From contig OX597819.1 of the NCBI GenBank assembly GCA_951406725.2, positions 47,430,001 to 47,494,000 on the forward strand: a stretch of 64,000 nucleotides of DNA, given 5' to 3'. Source of the stretch: Octopus vulgaris (taxonomy: Eukaryota). Position 1 is the stretch's first letter, and every line of letters begins with the position of its first letter. This document shows, one piece after another, positions 51,014 to 63,030 of this stretch. The notes under the pieces were generated by a model that saw only the letters and a list, made by a program, of their open reading frames with translations, did not search any database and had not been told where the DNA came from. The translations under genes were made by a program, and so were the position numbers.

Positions 51014-51074
51014 AGATAACTGAAGAGATGGCGTTGTGGATTCCCACTTCGGCATCTGAAACTCAGTTTTATCT
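51014..51074 (+). ncRNA. Minimal hammerhead, mirror copy with canonical CUGAAGA core and 2-nt deletion in stem III
   Basis: AGAUAA CUGAAGA GAUGGCG...CGGCAUC U GAAA CUCAG UU UUAUCU. Confidence 0.7.
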
Positions 51075-51119
51075 TGACTATCGAGTAATGTAACATTATT
51101 TTATATATATATATATAAA

Positions 51120-52125
51120 AGCAATTAAAGAGATAAAGTACCTAAGGATGTGAAGAGAAGGAAAAGCCCTTGGCCCATCAGGAATCACTGCTGAGATACT
51201 TAAAATATCTGGCAGTGTAGGTTATGGTCTAGTCACCCATATTGTAAATCAGGTGGTTCACCAATGACTGGTGTAGTAGCACCATAGTCAACAGCTACAA
51301 AGGTAAAGGTGATGCCTTAGATAGAAATAATTACAGAGGTATCAAATTGTTGGATCAGATTATGAAAGTTGCAGAGAGAGTCATAGCCCAGCTAATAACA
51401 GAGAGAGTTAGTCTAGATGAGATGCAGTTTGGTTTTGTGCCAGGTAGGAGCACCACTGATGTTATATTTCTGGTAAAGCAACTACAGGAGAAATACCTAG
51501 CCAAAGATAAACCTCTGTACTTGGGTTTTGTTGACTTGGAAAAAGCTTTTGACAGAATCCCCGATCCCTTATCTGGTGGTCAATGTGGAAACTAGAGATA
51601 GACAAGTGGTTGGTAAGAACTGCATAAGCCTTGTACAGGGACGCTACAGTAAGGTGAGGGTGGGCATGAGTACAGCGAAGAATCCAGGGTACAGGTAAGG
51701 ATTCATCAAGGATCGGTAATTAGCCCCCTCTTGTTCATCTCAGTCCCCCAGGCAATAACAGAGGCTATCCTTGGGAGCTTCTCTATGTTGATGATCTTGC
51801 TCTTATAGCTGTATCACTACCTGAACAAGAGAAGTTCCAGGTATGGAAACAAGGTCTAGAATCAAAGGGCCTTACAGTTAACTGAGCAAAAACCAAAGTC
51901 ATAGTAAGTAGGAAGGCAGACAAATCACAAATCCCTTCTGGTAGATGGCCCTGCTCAATCTGTAGAAAAAGTGTAGGTGGAAACTCCATATGATACATCC
52001 AGTGTAAGCTTTGGACACATAAAGGGTGCAGCAACATCAGAGGAAGGTTACCAGGGAAATTATCTTTTGTATGTGGAAGGTGCACAGGTACAATAAACAC
52101 TGAAAATGCATAATCAACTACCTGA
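51120..52125 (+). mobile_element. RTE-clade LINE fragment (RT domain with PHD-like insert), decayed
   Basis: NYRGIKLL, QFGFVPGRSTTDVIF, FVDLEKAFDR, IHQGS, LLYVDDL motifs. Confidence 0.92.
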
Positions 52126-52344
52126 AATTTTGGAGAACCACGTTCAGTGGAAACAATTATAGTGATTAAAAAATAACTGTCCAACTGTACTCCTTCTTGT
52201 TGACTCCAATTTCTTTAATTTTATAATCACACATGATGAATACCCAAACAAACCTGTACCAGATAGTATTGAGTAATTCTGAGGGTGGATGAGATTTATA
52301 CTGTACTCTACTACATTTCTAATGAAATATACTATAACTATTAT

Positions 52345-52657
52345 AGTAGCTTATTGGTTAGGGGCATTCAGCTCATGATCTTACGATCATGAGTTCAATT
52401 CCCTGCGGCGCATTGTGTCCTTGAGCAAGACACTTTATTTCACGTTGCTCCAGTCCACTCAGCTGGCAAAAATGAGTAGTACCTGTATTTCAAAGAGCCA
52501 GCCTTGTCACACTCTGTGTCACGCTGAATCTCCCCGAGAACTACATAAGGGTACATGTGTTTGTGGAGTGCTCAGCCACTTGCACAATTTCAAGAGCAAG
52601 CTGTTCTATTGATCGTATCAGCTGGGACTCTCATCATCACAACTGACGGAGTGCTCC
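52345..52657 (+). mobile_element. tRNA-derived SINE (CORE-like central domain)
   Basis: B box gagttcaattcc; ttgtgtccttgagcaagacactt domain. Confidence 0.65.
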
Positions 52658-53808
52658 TATATATATATATAAAACAAGCAAAGTTGCTAGTTCTAAAATC
52701 TCTAAATGAGATATAAGCAGTCAATCCTCCCTACTCACAATATATAAGCAGCAAAGTGGCAGACATTTAGTTCTAAAATCTCTAAACCATCTCTGCCATC
52801 TCTAACAGGCAGGTATCCAGTACCAATGAAGGGTACCCAGAAATCATGGTCTACTGGTCTTGCCAAGCTGAAGGGGAGTGATTTGCTCTTTTACTCACAA
52901 TATATTGAACACAGGTTGTGTGTTGTTAACCAGCTGGAAAAGATGGTTTCCTGGGGTTAAAATTTAGTATCATAGTTCTTTACAGAACAGCCATGTTATA
53001 GTGGCAAAAAAAAAAAAACGTTACCGTTCATATATATAAAATTATTTTCCAGAATGAGATCAAAAACCAAGGCCGTGAAGATTTCAGAACATTTTAGAAC
53101 ATATATATATATTCTTCGACTATATTGTAGGGCAGACCAAAGTCTTGTGAATTGATTTGGTAAATGGTAACTGAAAAAAGACATCCATATGTATATATGC
53201 TTGTGTGTGTGTGTGTGTATGCATGTATATGTGTGTGTGTGTATACACACTTGCATTATGTGGGCAATATTTTCATTACAACCATATCTGATTCTTCAAG
53301 TGCTTCAATTCTGTGTATGTACATATGTTTACTAGATTCCTGACAATAATCAATGGTTTTCCCCATTGCCTTGATGTGCCATTTTCTATCAATTATAAAA
53401 CTGCATTTTTGTTGACACAGGTATGCTAGTGTGTGTGTGTGTGTGTGTGTGTGTGCACGTTCGTGTGTGTGTGTGTGTGTGTATAGCAGGTGATTCACCC
53501 AGACTGTACAGAAATTCATGCCATGTGAAAGGCTTTAGGCAATAAAAAGGTAAATGGAGGAACCTAAATTTTCCCCTTTATCTTGGATACATTCAGAGTG
53601 AAGGTAGATGACATCAAATTGTTTTATTCTCATTGGCTGGTTTGACCAGGTCAAAAGATGGAAATACCCAAATTGAAAATATTACTTACAAGAATATTGA
53701 ACTCAAACTTCTAAGCTGAACATATATATATAAGAAATTATTTTATAAGAAAGAAGAAACTACATAAAAAAAATGAAGGGAGAGAATAAAATGTATGAGC
53801 ATACTGAC

Positions 53809-53893
53809 TGTGAACAAACTTTGACATCAAATTTTTTTGTGTTCACCAAAAGATATGAGGGGCCTTCAATGGATACTTCAAATTTTGGCAAAA
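53809..53893 (-). CDS. A2M/TEP-like exon (MG3): VLPKFEVSIEGPSYLLVNTKKFDVKVCS
   Basis: ttcag acceptor, gtcagt donor, 85 nt phase 1 to 2; hallmark VLPKFEV. Confidence 0.95.
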
Positions 53894-54413
53894 CTGAAAT
53901 CAAGAAAAAGGTTTAAGATTATATATAGTGATTTTTATTTTGCATACAAATATATTGTTATGAGGTATAACTGACACCAACTATTTAAGGAAAACATATA
54001 TTTATTTTATATTGTAGTTTTTGAACAATAGAATCTTTGGCTACAATTTTCCACTGTATTTCAGACAATGGGGGTGACAAATGAATTTCTTGTAATTTGT
54101 TGCAGAATAAATATCTCACAGTGTTTCAGTTTTATCAATAACAGTGTTTATATCCTTCAATGATATACATTGGTAAAACACACACATATGAAATGTATGG
54201 CTTAGTGTTTAGACAACTGAGATTTTGATCATATGGTCGTGGGTTCAATTCTTGTTCTAGGAGGTTGCAATGTGTCCTTGAGCAATGTATTTGAAATTTT
54301 TAATCCTGCTGCAGGCATTTGCTTTGTTTGAATAAACCATTATTTTTATTACTCCTAAACCACTGTATACTTAGGAAAAATATGAAGATTTGCATGGTTT
54401 ATCAATAACCTGT

Positions 54414-54735
54414 GGAGGAGCAATGGCCCAGTGATTAGGGCAGAAGACTCGCAGTCGGAGGAGCGCAGTTTCGATTCCCAGTCAGGGCGTTGTGTGTGTT
54501 TATTGAGCGAAAACACCTAAAGTTCCATGAGGCTCTGGCAGGGGGTGGTGGTGATCCCTGTTGTACTCTTTTGCCCCAACTTTCCCTCACTCTTTCTTCC
54601 TGTTTCTTGGGTAACACTGTGATGGACTGGTGTTCCATCCAGCTGGGGTGGTGGGGAACACATATGCCACAGAAACTGGGAAACCGGGCCCATGAGCCTG
54701 GCTAGGCTTGAAAAGGACGCATAAATAAATAAATA
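54414..54735 (+). mobile_element. tRNA-derived SINE with V/Meta-like domain and (TAAA)n tail
   Basis: tggcccagtg..tttcgattcc head; gatggactgg..ccatccag..gggg..acagaaactggga. Confidence 0.65.
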
Positions 54736-54856
54736 TAAATCAGTAAACCAATGTGTTATGCTCACTTTAAGAAATTAGTCTCTTTTAAAATACAATGATG
54801 CACTAAATAGAATGTACATACTGAGAAAGAAAACAAAAACACAGACACACACTTAC

Positions 54857-54970
54857 CATATTTTTGGACTTCAAATTCAAAATCAGTGAACTTAGAACCA
54901 TCAATAACTTTTATTTTCCATTTACCCAGAACAGGCTGTGGGGCAATTTGGAATTTGAAACTGAGCAGTC
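54857..54970 (-). CDS. A2M/TEP-like exon (MG2): GLLSFKFQIAPQPVLGKWKIKVIDGSKFTDFEFEVQKY
   Basis: tag|GA acceptor, ATG|gtaagt donor, 114 nt phase 1 to 1; typical 'F.L..EP.LG.W.I....F.V.EY' motif. Confidence 0.95.
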
Positions 54971-57900
54971 CTAAATATTAGAATGTTTTGAAAAGTTTTG
55001 AGAAAGTTTTTCACAAGACAAGTTTCTAAAAGTTTAGCAGGAAAACAAAGATATTTTAGATAATTTTAGACACAATACAAAAATGAAGAAATATTAAATT
55101 AATACCAAACATTTAGTGGGATTACATAACCAAAGTTTATTTACATGTGTGCGTGTGTGTGTGTGTGTCTGCGTGTGTTTGTGTTTGGTGATGTAGTGTG
55201 ATATGGTGTGTGTGATCTGATGTAGTGTGATATGGTGTGTGTATGCGTTGACTGACTCTAGTGGACTCTGCAGAAGAAAATCTTTATGGTTCAATGGAAA
55301 GGAAGGTGGCTGCAGCAATGAATTGTGAAGTTCTGAGAGCAACATGAGGTAACTAAGACATTTTGGTCATCGACTGCATCCATCTCCATCCATCTTGACC
55401 CGGTCTTGGAGATGGTCATGGATGAGAGAGTGAGGATGATCAAATGTAACTTTTCTTTATATTTTAAATAAAGTTACCACACAAGTCATCAGTCGTCCTT
55501 AAAGATGAGTAGATGGTTTTTGTCACTTTGATGGATGAACATGTGTGTATGTTTGTATGTATGTATGTTTGAGTAAGTATATGAGTATACAAACATGAAA
55601 AATATTACTCAATGTATGTGCTAGAGTTTAATAAAAAATTTTAAACTGGGGACTCATTTTGTTGCATGGGTTTATTCAGGTATTGTCACTGGAGAAAATG
55701 CACATATGTAAAAAATTCAGTGTAGTCACACAGGGAATTGTCAACTTGTATGATGATGATCTCTCTCTCTCATACACATACACACACAATATGTATACCT
55801 GTTCTTGAATAACTTTGTATTATAGAGTACTCAATACAAACAGAATAATTCATACAAGCTTGTCTGGAGTTTCCTGAGATTGTACCCACTGTAACTTATC
55901 TGAAGTAGTGGCTGCACAACTGGGAAACTTCAGAGTAACAAACCGCCAGATCATTTTAAATAAACTATTTATATTTATATATACTTCCACACACATACAC
56001 ATGTACACATACATACACACATATAAACAAAAATAAATAGGCATTAATTTTCAAACAAGAGAATTGACAGAGGTTGAAATACACAACTCAAAAGGAGGAG
56101 GGATGTTATCAATTTATAAAGAACTTCAGTCACATGTACATATATACATACATACATACAACTGATTGAAGAATGATTGCTACAATAATTTTTCTTCATT
56201 TATTTGTATAGCATTTCAAATTAATACAACCATTAGTTAAAGCATTTGAGTCATTAAGGTCATAGGTATGTGACTCAATAGGTAAGCTAGGGTTTGTAGT
56301 GGTGTGGCAGAAAGTGTTGCATCCATGGCTATTGCCAGGCCTTCAAGAACAGTTGAGGTTGGTATAATTACATAGAGCACTCAAAAATTGACAAAAAATA
56401 AATACCATATTTTTGGGCATACAGGGCACACTCCAATTTTGGCAGACCTAATCTGCAGAAAGAAAATAACTGCAGGTAATCCAGAATCCCCAAGCTGAAT
56501 GTCTCGCACATTTTAATGTATAGGAACCATGAAAAATTAGAGTGATGCCCTTCAGTAAGTTCTTATGGCAGGCTAAGTTATAATGCTTATTTAGTAGTGT
56601 TACACTACTAAATATCACCACTGACCTCCACTGTAACTCATATTGTCCATTGTTAATAACACTAACCAAGTCAACCCAAAGCCTGAGGTTCAGCACATAA
56701 GGTGCTGGGTGACATTTTTTGGGGGAATTTTTTGGTAAAAAGTGCGCTTTATATGCCATAAAATACAGTATGCAGTGAAGAATAAGTGGAATAACATTGT
56801 TTTAGTTTTCCTGGCAAGTACAAGAACAATCCTGTGTTCTAACAGTTTACAAATTTTCACTTGAAAACACCCCAACTTATGATAGGAAAACTGATATTAA
56901 ATAAGATATATTCACCAATTGTTTCATGTATTCTTTGGAATTAATGAAGTTAGTTAATTTATTAGCAATGCAATATTTTTGGAAACAACAGTTTCAAAAA
57001 AAAAAAAAAAGGAAAAAGAGCAATTCACCTATATTTGATCTATTTTTCTGCTTCTGTTTTTTGCAAATAAAATAAAGATTGACAATAAATTTATAACTAA
57101 TACTACTCATTCCAAATTATTTTAAAGAATATATTCTTTGATGTGTATACAATGTGAAGTTACCTATTTTTTAAGTGTTTATTTTATATTGCTTTTTTGT
57201 TACTTTTTTTTTTAAAAGTCAAAATAGTAGTAATATAAATTAATCAAAATGTTTTTTTAGCTTTTAATTATTTCTTTCAGAAAAGCAAAATTCAAAGTTT
57301 ATAATTGACTTTAAAAAAAAAAAAACATTATTCCAAACAACCCTAATTTATAATGCCTTTAAAAACAATCTGCCATATAAAACAAAACAAAAAAAATAGT
57401 AATGGCTTTGTGAGTATGGGTGTGTGAATGAATGAATGAATAATAAATGTTCAAAGAGTAAAAACTAAAAGATGTCCATAAGAAGTTTGTTATTTCTACA
57501 AAAATACACAGCTTTCACATAGCCTAGGCAATATCTCAGGGGGAAAGTAAATACAATTTAACAGATGGTGGCCAATTCTGTTGCTCTATGAAAACTGTTC
57601 ATTGTAAAAACCCAAAGGGGAACATTTATGTTCTTACAAAAAGCAATGACATCCTCCTCCATTGTGTGGTTTGCATGTAAGAAAACTTTCAAACACATAT
57701 CATAAAAAAGATTTTCACGAAAATACATGATGTAAAACAAAGGAGGTAAAAAAAAATGCAAGGAGAAACAAAGAAACAACAACTTGAAGCCAAGTATTGC
57801 CATTAAAAAGAGATTGCAATTTCAGGTTTTATTTTCACGTAATTCCAGTGTCCAATTCTACTAAATTTTAGCAAAGAATAATTAGAGTTTAAATGTTAAT

Positions 57901-60009
57901 TAAAATATTAAAATAAACCAATATTCCACCATTATAAATTATTAGGGAAAAACCATATTTTTAAATATTATATGACAACAAAAAATAAAATGAAGACATT
58001 ATTTGTTAATTGGAAATTGTTAAAGATTTTTAATATTCCTATAACCAAGAGATTGAGATTTACACTGGCAGAATTGGTAAAGTGATAGGCAAAAGTACTT
58101 TGCCGTATTTTAGCCATATCCCTTTAAAACTGTGTTTGATCTTGGCAATGCAAACAACTATATTTTTCATTCTTGTAGGAATGATAAAATAAATACCCAA
58201 CAAGTACTAGGGCCAATATGATTTATTGTTTCTGCTACCAAAATTTGTGTCATTGTGTAGATGTTGAAAATAACTATTATTTTTATGAGTTCAAAACTGA
58301 CTGGCAGTACCAATAATCTTTTGCAAGCCTCATGAAACTAGACAGGCAGAGAAGGAGGGGGAGAGCTGAAACATGGTTTATGGTATCATCTGCCTGATCT
58401 TCGAGACTGAGTGTGAAGCACATTACCAGGTAAAAATAGTGTGAAAGACATCTGTTATAGGTTCATATCTCAATATATAAGCCAGTGTAACACAAAAATG
58501 ACAGTCAGAGGTATTGTAGAGATATTGACCCTTGGCTTATTGTCACCTTTGAAGCACAATATGGGCAGGATGGTAGATGCAGAGGTGATGAAGAATGATG
58601 TAGTTGGGAGAGGATCAGCATGGGCTTACAAGTCCTTACAGCTCTTTAGGACCACAGAACTATTCAAGAGCTGTGCTTCACTATGGGTAGAGACACAAAA
58701 GTGTTAAGACTGGTGGTGTTGATCGGAAAGCCTTTCTGTTGCATGGTGTCAGTAAAAACCACTTGAGTGCTTTCTGCTCTAAGGAACTAGAAGAGAGAGG
58801 GAGGAGAGATAGAGGTGAATGATAGCAAAATCTGCAACAATATATCAGTGGGTTCTGGAGGATGATGTCCCAACAGAGCCACCAGTTGCTATTTCAAAGA
58901 TGACTGAGGTGGTGACCTGTCTTCTAGGTACAAAGAAAAGAAAACCACACAAAGAAAAGTAAGTCAGCCTCGGGAGAAAGTGTACAGAACAGTCAAAAGG
59001 GGAACTTCATGATGAAGGAATGAAAACTGAGAAGTTCATCTTCTTCTTGGGACTCAGTGGATTGGCAAAAGTAACTGAACTTTCAGGATTTCAGGGACCC
59101 TTTCCTACCCACCCTGGTGCCTGAACTATTCATGACCCTGTTTGGGATGCAACAGACTAACTGGCAAAGAGACAAATATATGGAATACTTCAACTTGTCC
59201 TAGTATGTAGGTTTTCACCTATGCATGAGCAGTTAACTCAAATGCTTGTTTCCATGTTTTTGTCTTCAATATAATATCTTGTTTTAATTATTCTGCTTCA
59301 TATTATATTTGTTATATCTATTGTCTTTTTATATCAAATCTTTAATACATTCATTATAGATTTTTACCCTACTATCTTAAAAAAAAAAAAAAGAAAGAGG
59401 AAAGACACATCAGATATTACAATCTAATAAGACACAGTATTCAAGCTTGGAATGCCTTTGATTCTAGGTTTGCCCCATCAAGGCTGATTTGACAAATCAA
59501 TACTACCACTGCCACCACCACCACCACCAGTAACAAAATAACATCCTCAGTGGGTATGAGATAAGAAGGAAAGCCGTATGTCATAGAGCATTTCTCTAAA
59601 CTTGTTGGTGGATTTAAAGGAATAACCAAGTTGAATTAAACTCTAGTTGGCTTCTAATGCAGAGTCCAAATCATATGACTATCAGATTTTCTTTGTTATC
59701 TCCCACTACTATTATAACCCCAGACTGACCAATGTATTGTGAGTTAATTTGGTAGATGGAAACTGTATGGAAGCTTGTTATAAAAATATAAACTTGTCTT
59801 ATCCATCCAAATTTTTAATTCATTTTTTAACATTTTTATTGATTACATGAAACTTTATGGCAAATAAACAAAAGCTTATTGTTCTTTTTAACTCAGGTTT
59901 TGTTGGAACTCCTAGAGTCTTGCATGCATAGTAGGCTTGCTGCCTGCAGCCTACGGTACCATGCTATCTGTTCTTTTTAACTATCTAATCCTTTCCTGAT
60001 TATTATCAT

Positions 60010-60198
60010 TACTCTCTTACTTGTTTCAGTCATTTGACTGCGGTCATGCTGGAGCACCGCCTTTAGTCAAGCAAATCGACCCCGGGACTTATTCTTTGTA
60101 AGCCCAGTACTTATTCTATCGGTCTCTTTTGCTGAACCGCTAAGTGACGGGGACATAAACACACCAGCATCGGTTGTCAAGCAATGCTAGGGAGACAA

Positions 60199-60235
<37 letters not shown>

Positions 60236-60407
60236 CATATATACGACAGGCTTCTTTCAGTTTCTGTCTACCAAATCCACTCACAAGGCATTGGTCGGCC
60301 CAGGGCTATAGCAGAAGACACTTGCCCAAGATGCCACGCAGTGGGACTGAACCTGGAACCATGTTTGTTGGTTAGCAAGTTACTTACCACACAGCCACTC
60401 CTGCGCC
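60010..60407 (-). mobile_element. SINE family A
   Basis: Full-length match. Confidence 0.85.
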
Positions 60408-60440
60408 TATTATTATTTTTTAAAATTATTATTATTATGA

Positions 60441-61040
60441 AGGTGGTGAGCTGGCAGAATTATTAGCATGTCAAACAAAATGCTTAGTGGCATTATTCCT
60501 GAGTTTTACATTCTGAGTTCAAAATCTGCTGAAGTCAACTTTATCTTTCATCTTTGCAGGATCATAGAAATATAGTATCATTGAAGTACTGGAGTTGACG
60601 TAGTCATCTTGTCACCTCCTCTCATAATTGTTGGCCATGTTCCAAAATTAAAAAGAATAACAATAAATTATTATTATTAAGGTGGTAAGCTGGCAAAATG
60701 CTTAGCAACATTGCATCCATCTTTACATTATGAGACTGACTTTGCCTTTTTATCTTTTGGAGTTGATAGAATAAGTACCAGTTGAACACTGAGGTCAATG
60801 TGATAGAATTACACTTTTTTGAAGAAGGCAAGCTGGCAGAATTGTTAGCACACTGGGTAAAATGCTTGGTGACATTTCATCCATCTTTACATTCTGAGTT
60901 CAAATTCCACCATGGTCAACTTTAACTTTCATCTTTTAGGGTCGATAAAATAAGTACCAGTTGATCACTAGGGGTGATGTAATCGACCATACCCCCACCC
61001 CCAAAATTTCAGGCCGTGTGCCTATTATAATAGAAAGGAT
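60441..61040 (+). mobile_element. Three head-to-tail copies of SINE family C
   Basis: Heads (ag)ctggcag/ctggcaa at ~60441, 60681, 60827. Confidence 0.75.
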
Positions 61041-61098
61041 CATCATCATCATCATCATATCATCATCATCCATATTTGAAATAATTAAAGAATCATAC

Positions 61099-61171
61099 CT
61101 TTCTGGTTAAAAATATCTGCCCATTTCTTCATCTTGATACCATTGGGATTTAAAACAGCTACTTCAGATAT
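61099..61171 (-). CDS. A2M/TEP-like exon (MG2): ISEVAVLNPNGIKMKKWADIFNQK
   Basis: cag|ATA acceptor, AAG|gtatg donor, 73 nt phase 0 to 1; resembles the MG2 'I.DP.G.RI.QW' motif. Confidence 0.88.
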
Positions 61172-61682
61172 CTGAGAAGATAAGCAAAACATCTCCTTTA
61201 ACACAACAAAGCTTAGACGTTTTTTACTAAACAAAGCATAGTTAAAAATTTTAAAAAAACCTAGCAAACTATAAAACAAAACGGAGCTATGCAATAAGAG
61301 TTTATATATTTGTACAATGATAAAGATATTCTTTGTTATAATAATAATGTTCCTGATTTTTGGTAGCCTCAGTCAGTTCTGCTTGGATGGAAAAAATATC
61401 ACAGAGGTAGCTGACTGAACAAAGCATTCAGTGTTTTTCAGTCACAGCCAATCTGTCGGCTGTTTTTTCAAGATGGAAACCATGTGCTCCTTATTTTAAA
61501 GGCGCTAGGGAGTTTGCTGAAAAAATGCTCCCTAATATGGCATTGTTAATCTTTGTAAAGATGTTCTTTAGTAGTAGTTATGGTTGTTGTCCATGTTTTT
61601 TAACCCTAGGGCAGTTCTGATTGAGAAGACCTTTAATCAAAAGGTATTCTTGTCATGACTGTCTTTTTATATTGAGAACAAC

Positions 61683-61734
61683 TAGGGTTGGATTAGGACC
61701 CATAAAGGCCCTAAGCACCTAAAAGATTTTCAAG

Positions 61735-61771
<37 letters not shown>

Positions 61772-62452
61772 ATTTAAAATATAAACAATAATAAACCAAT
61801 AGAATAAATTTTTATTTTTCAAAATGAAACAAATCTAACAGTAAGATGGGGGTAAATAATGTTTATTTTTGTATACTTCCACTTTATATTTGAAAACTTT
61901 TCTCTTTTTTTTTATTAATTGCAAAGTCTTTGATCAGATCCTCACTATGACATCATGAACACTTTGAAATTATACTTCCGATCATATCAACCAGAGGTTC
62001 CCAAACTTTTGCAGGCTGCCACCCACTTGACACCCGAGCCACATTCCTAGTGCTCCCACCCCAACAAACCATCACAAACACAGGCCTCTTTCTGAAGCAA
62101 ATTCAAAGCAACTGTATTTCCTCAATATAACTTAACCTAAAGAAACCCATTATTTTGTTGTTTTTACATGAATTGCTACCCCATTATCGCTCCACTGTTT
62201 ACATGAATCGCTACCCCATTATCACCCCACTTTTCTTTAATGCCCCCTTGGAACTTTCTACTGCCCCCCCAAAGGGGCAATACCGCTCACTTTGCGAACC
62301 ACTGATATAGACCATTTCTAATATTACTTTAGCAAGTTTAAAGTGATTTCTTTTGTGCCATAAACCATTTACCATTTCTGTGGTCCCCCCCCCCCGCTTC
62401 CTTTGATACCCTAAGCACTTGCTTATTTTACTTAATGTTTAATCCATCGCTG
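61683..62452. mobile_element. Non-autonomous hAT-like element containing a nested MITE
   Basis: TIR-like tagggttggatta / taatccatcgctg; homologous to 1-193. Confidence 0.7.
61992..62304. mobile_element. hAT (Charlie-type) MITE
   Basis: TIR cagaggttcccaaa / tttgcgaaccactg; 8-bp flanks atatcaac / atatagac; absent from the homologous copy at 1-193. Confidence 0.8.
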
Positions 62453-62769
62453 GGAACAACCTCATCTAATGTGTTCTACATTTTCATTACAGTAAGCTGT
62501 AATTTCAGGAAGATTTGGTTAATAGCAGGTCAAGCAGCCCAATAGAGGCTCCCTTGTTAGCTCATGTAAAAATAGTTGTAATTGATAGTATTTGAAAGGG
62601 TAGTTATAATGATTTATTGTTTTTGTGGCAGTGGTGATAGTAGTGGCAATTGCGGTGGTGATAATGTCTGTGATAACTAAGGCAGTAGTTTATGATGGTT
62701 AATAGGGACTTTGATAAAGTACAAACATGAGAACTTCTCATTTCATCATTTTTATGAATATAAACAAGT

Positions 62770-63030
62770 GGAGAGCATGTGGCCTAGTGGATAGGGTGTC
62801 ACATAAACAATCACAAGAACATGGTTTCAGTTCCTGGACCAGGCGATGTTTTGTGTTCTTGAGCAAAGCACTTCATTGCACAATTCTATACTCCAACCAT
62901 CTGTAAATGAGTAACCTTATGATGGCCAAAGATCCTGTTCAGTGGCAATGCTATGATCTCAGCCACTTATACATCATGGAAACTGGGTACAAGTCCTAGG
63001 ACTCTAGACGGCAATGCCCAGGAGTTGAGG
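62770..63030 (+). mobile_element. Old tRNA-derived SINE
   Basis: tggcctagtgg A box, ttgtgttcttgagcaaagcactt CORE-like domain. Confidence 0.55.

Larger units (their letters stand above)
50902..51105. mobile_element. Spacer-less ~200-bp palindrome carrying two hammerheads
   Basis: Centre ggctattt|aaatagcc at 51005/51006; arms nearly identical; flanked by (TA)n. Confidence 0.92.
372..61171 (-). other. Partial multi-exon gene: alpha-2-macroglobulin/TEP family protein (MG2 to start of CUB; both ends outside window)
   Basis: 19 exons with canonical GT-AG boundaries and compatible phases give 2500 nt of open frame containing A2M-family motifs VLPKFEV, YFKPGFPY, CFKNEV, RKKR, LETRPC, YFSETWLW, VFQPF, PKGF..E.T.S..VCPS. 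Confidence 0.95.

Noticed and set aside
58320-59100. Possible decayed CR1-like endonuclease fragment on minus strand
   Set aside because: Purine-rich composition is suggestive but motifs are too degraded to call
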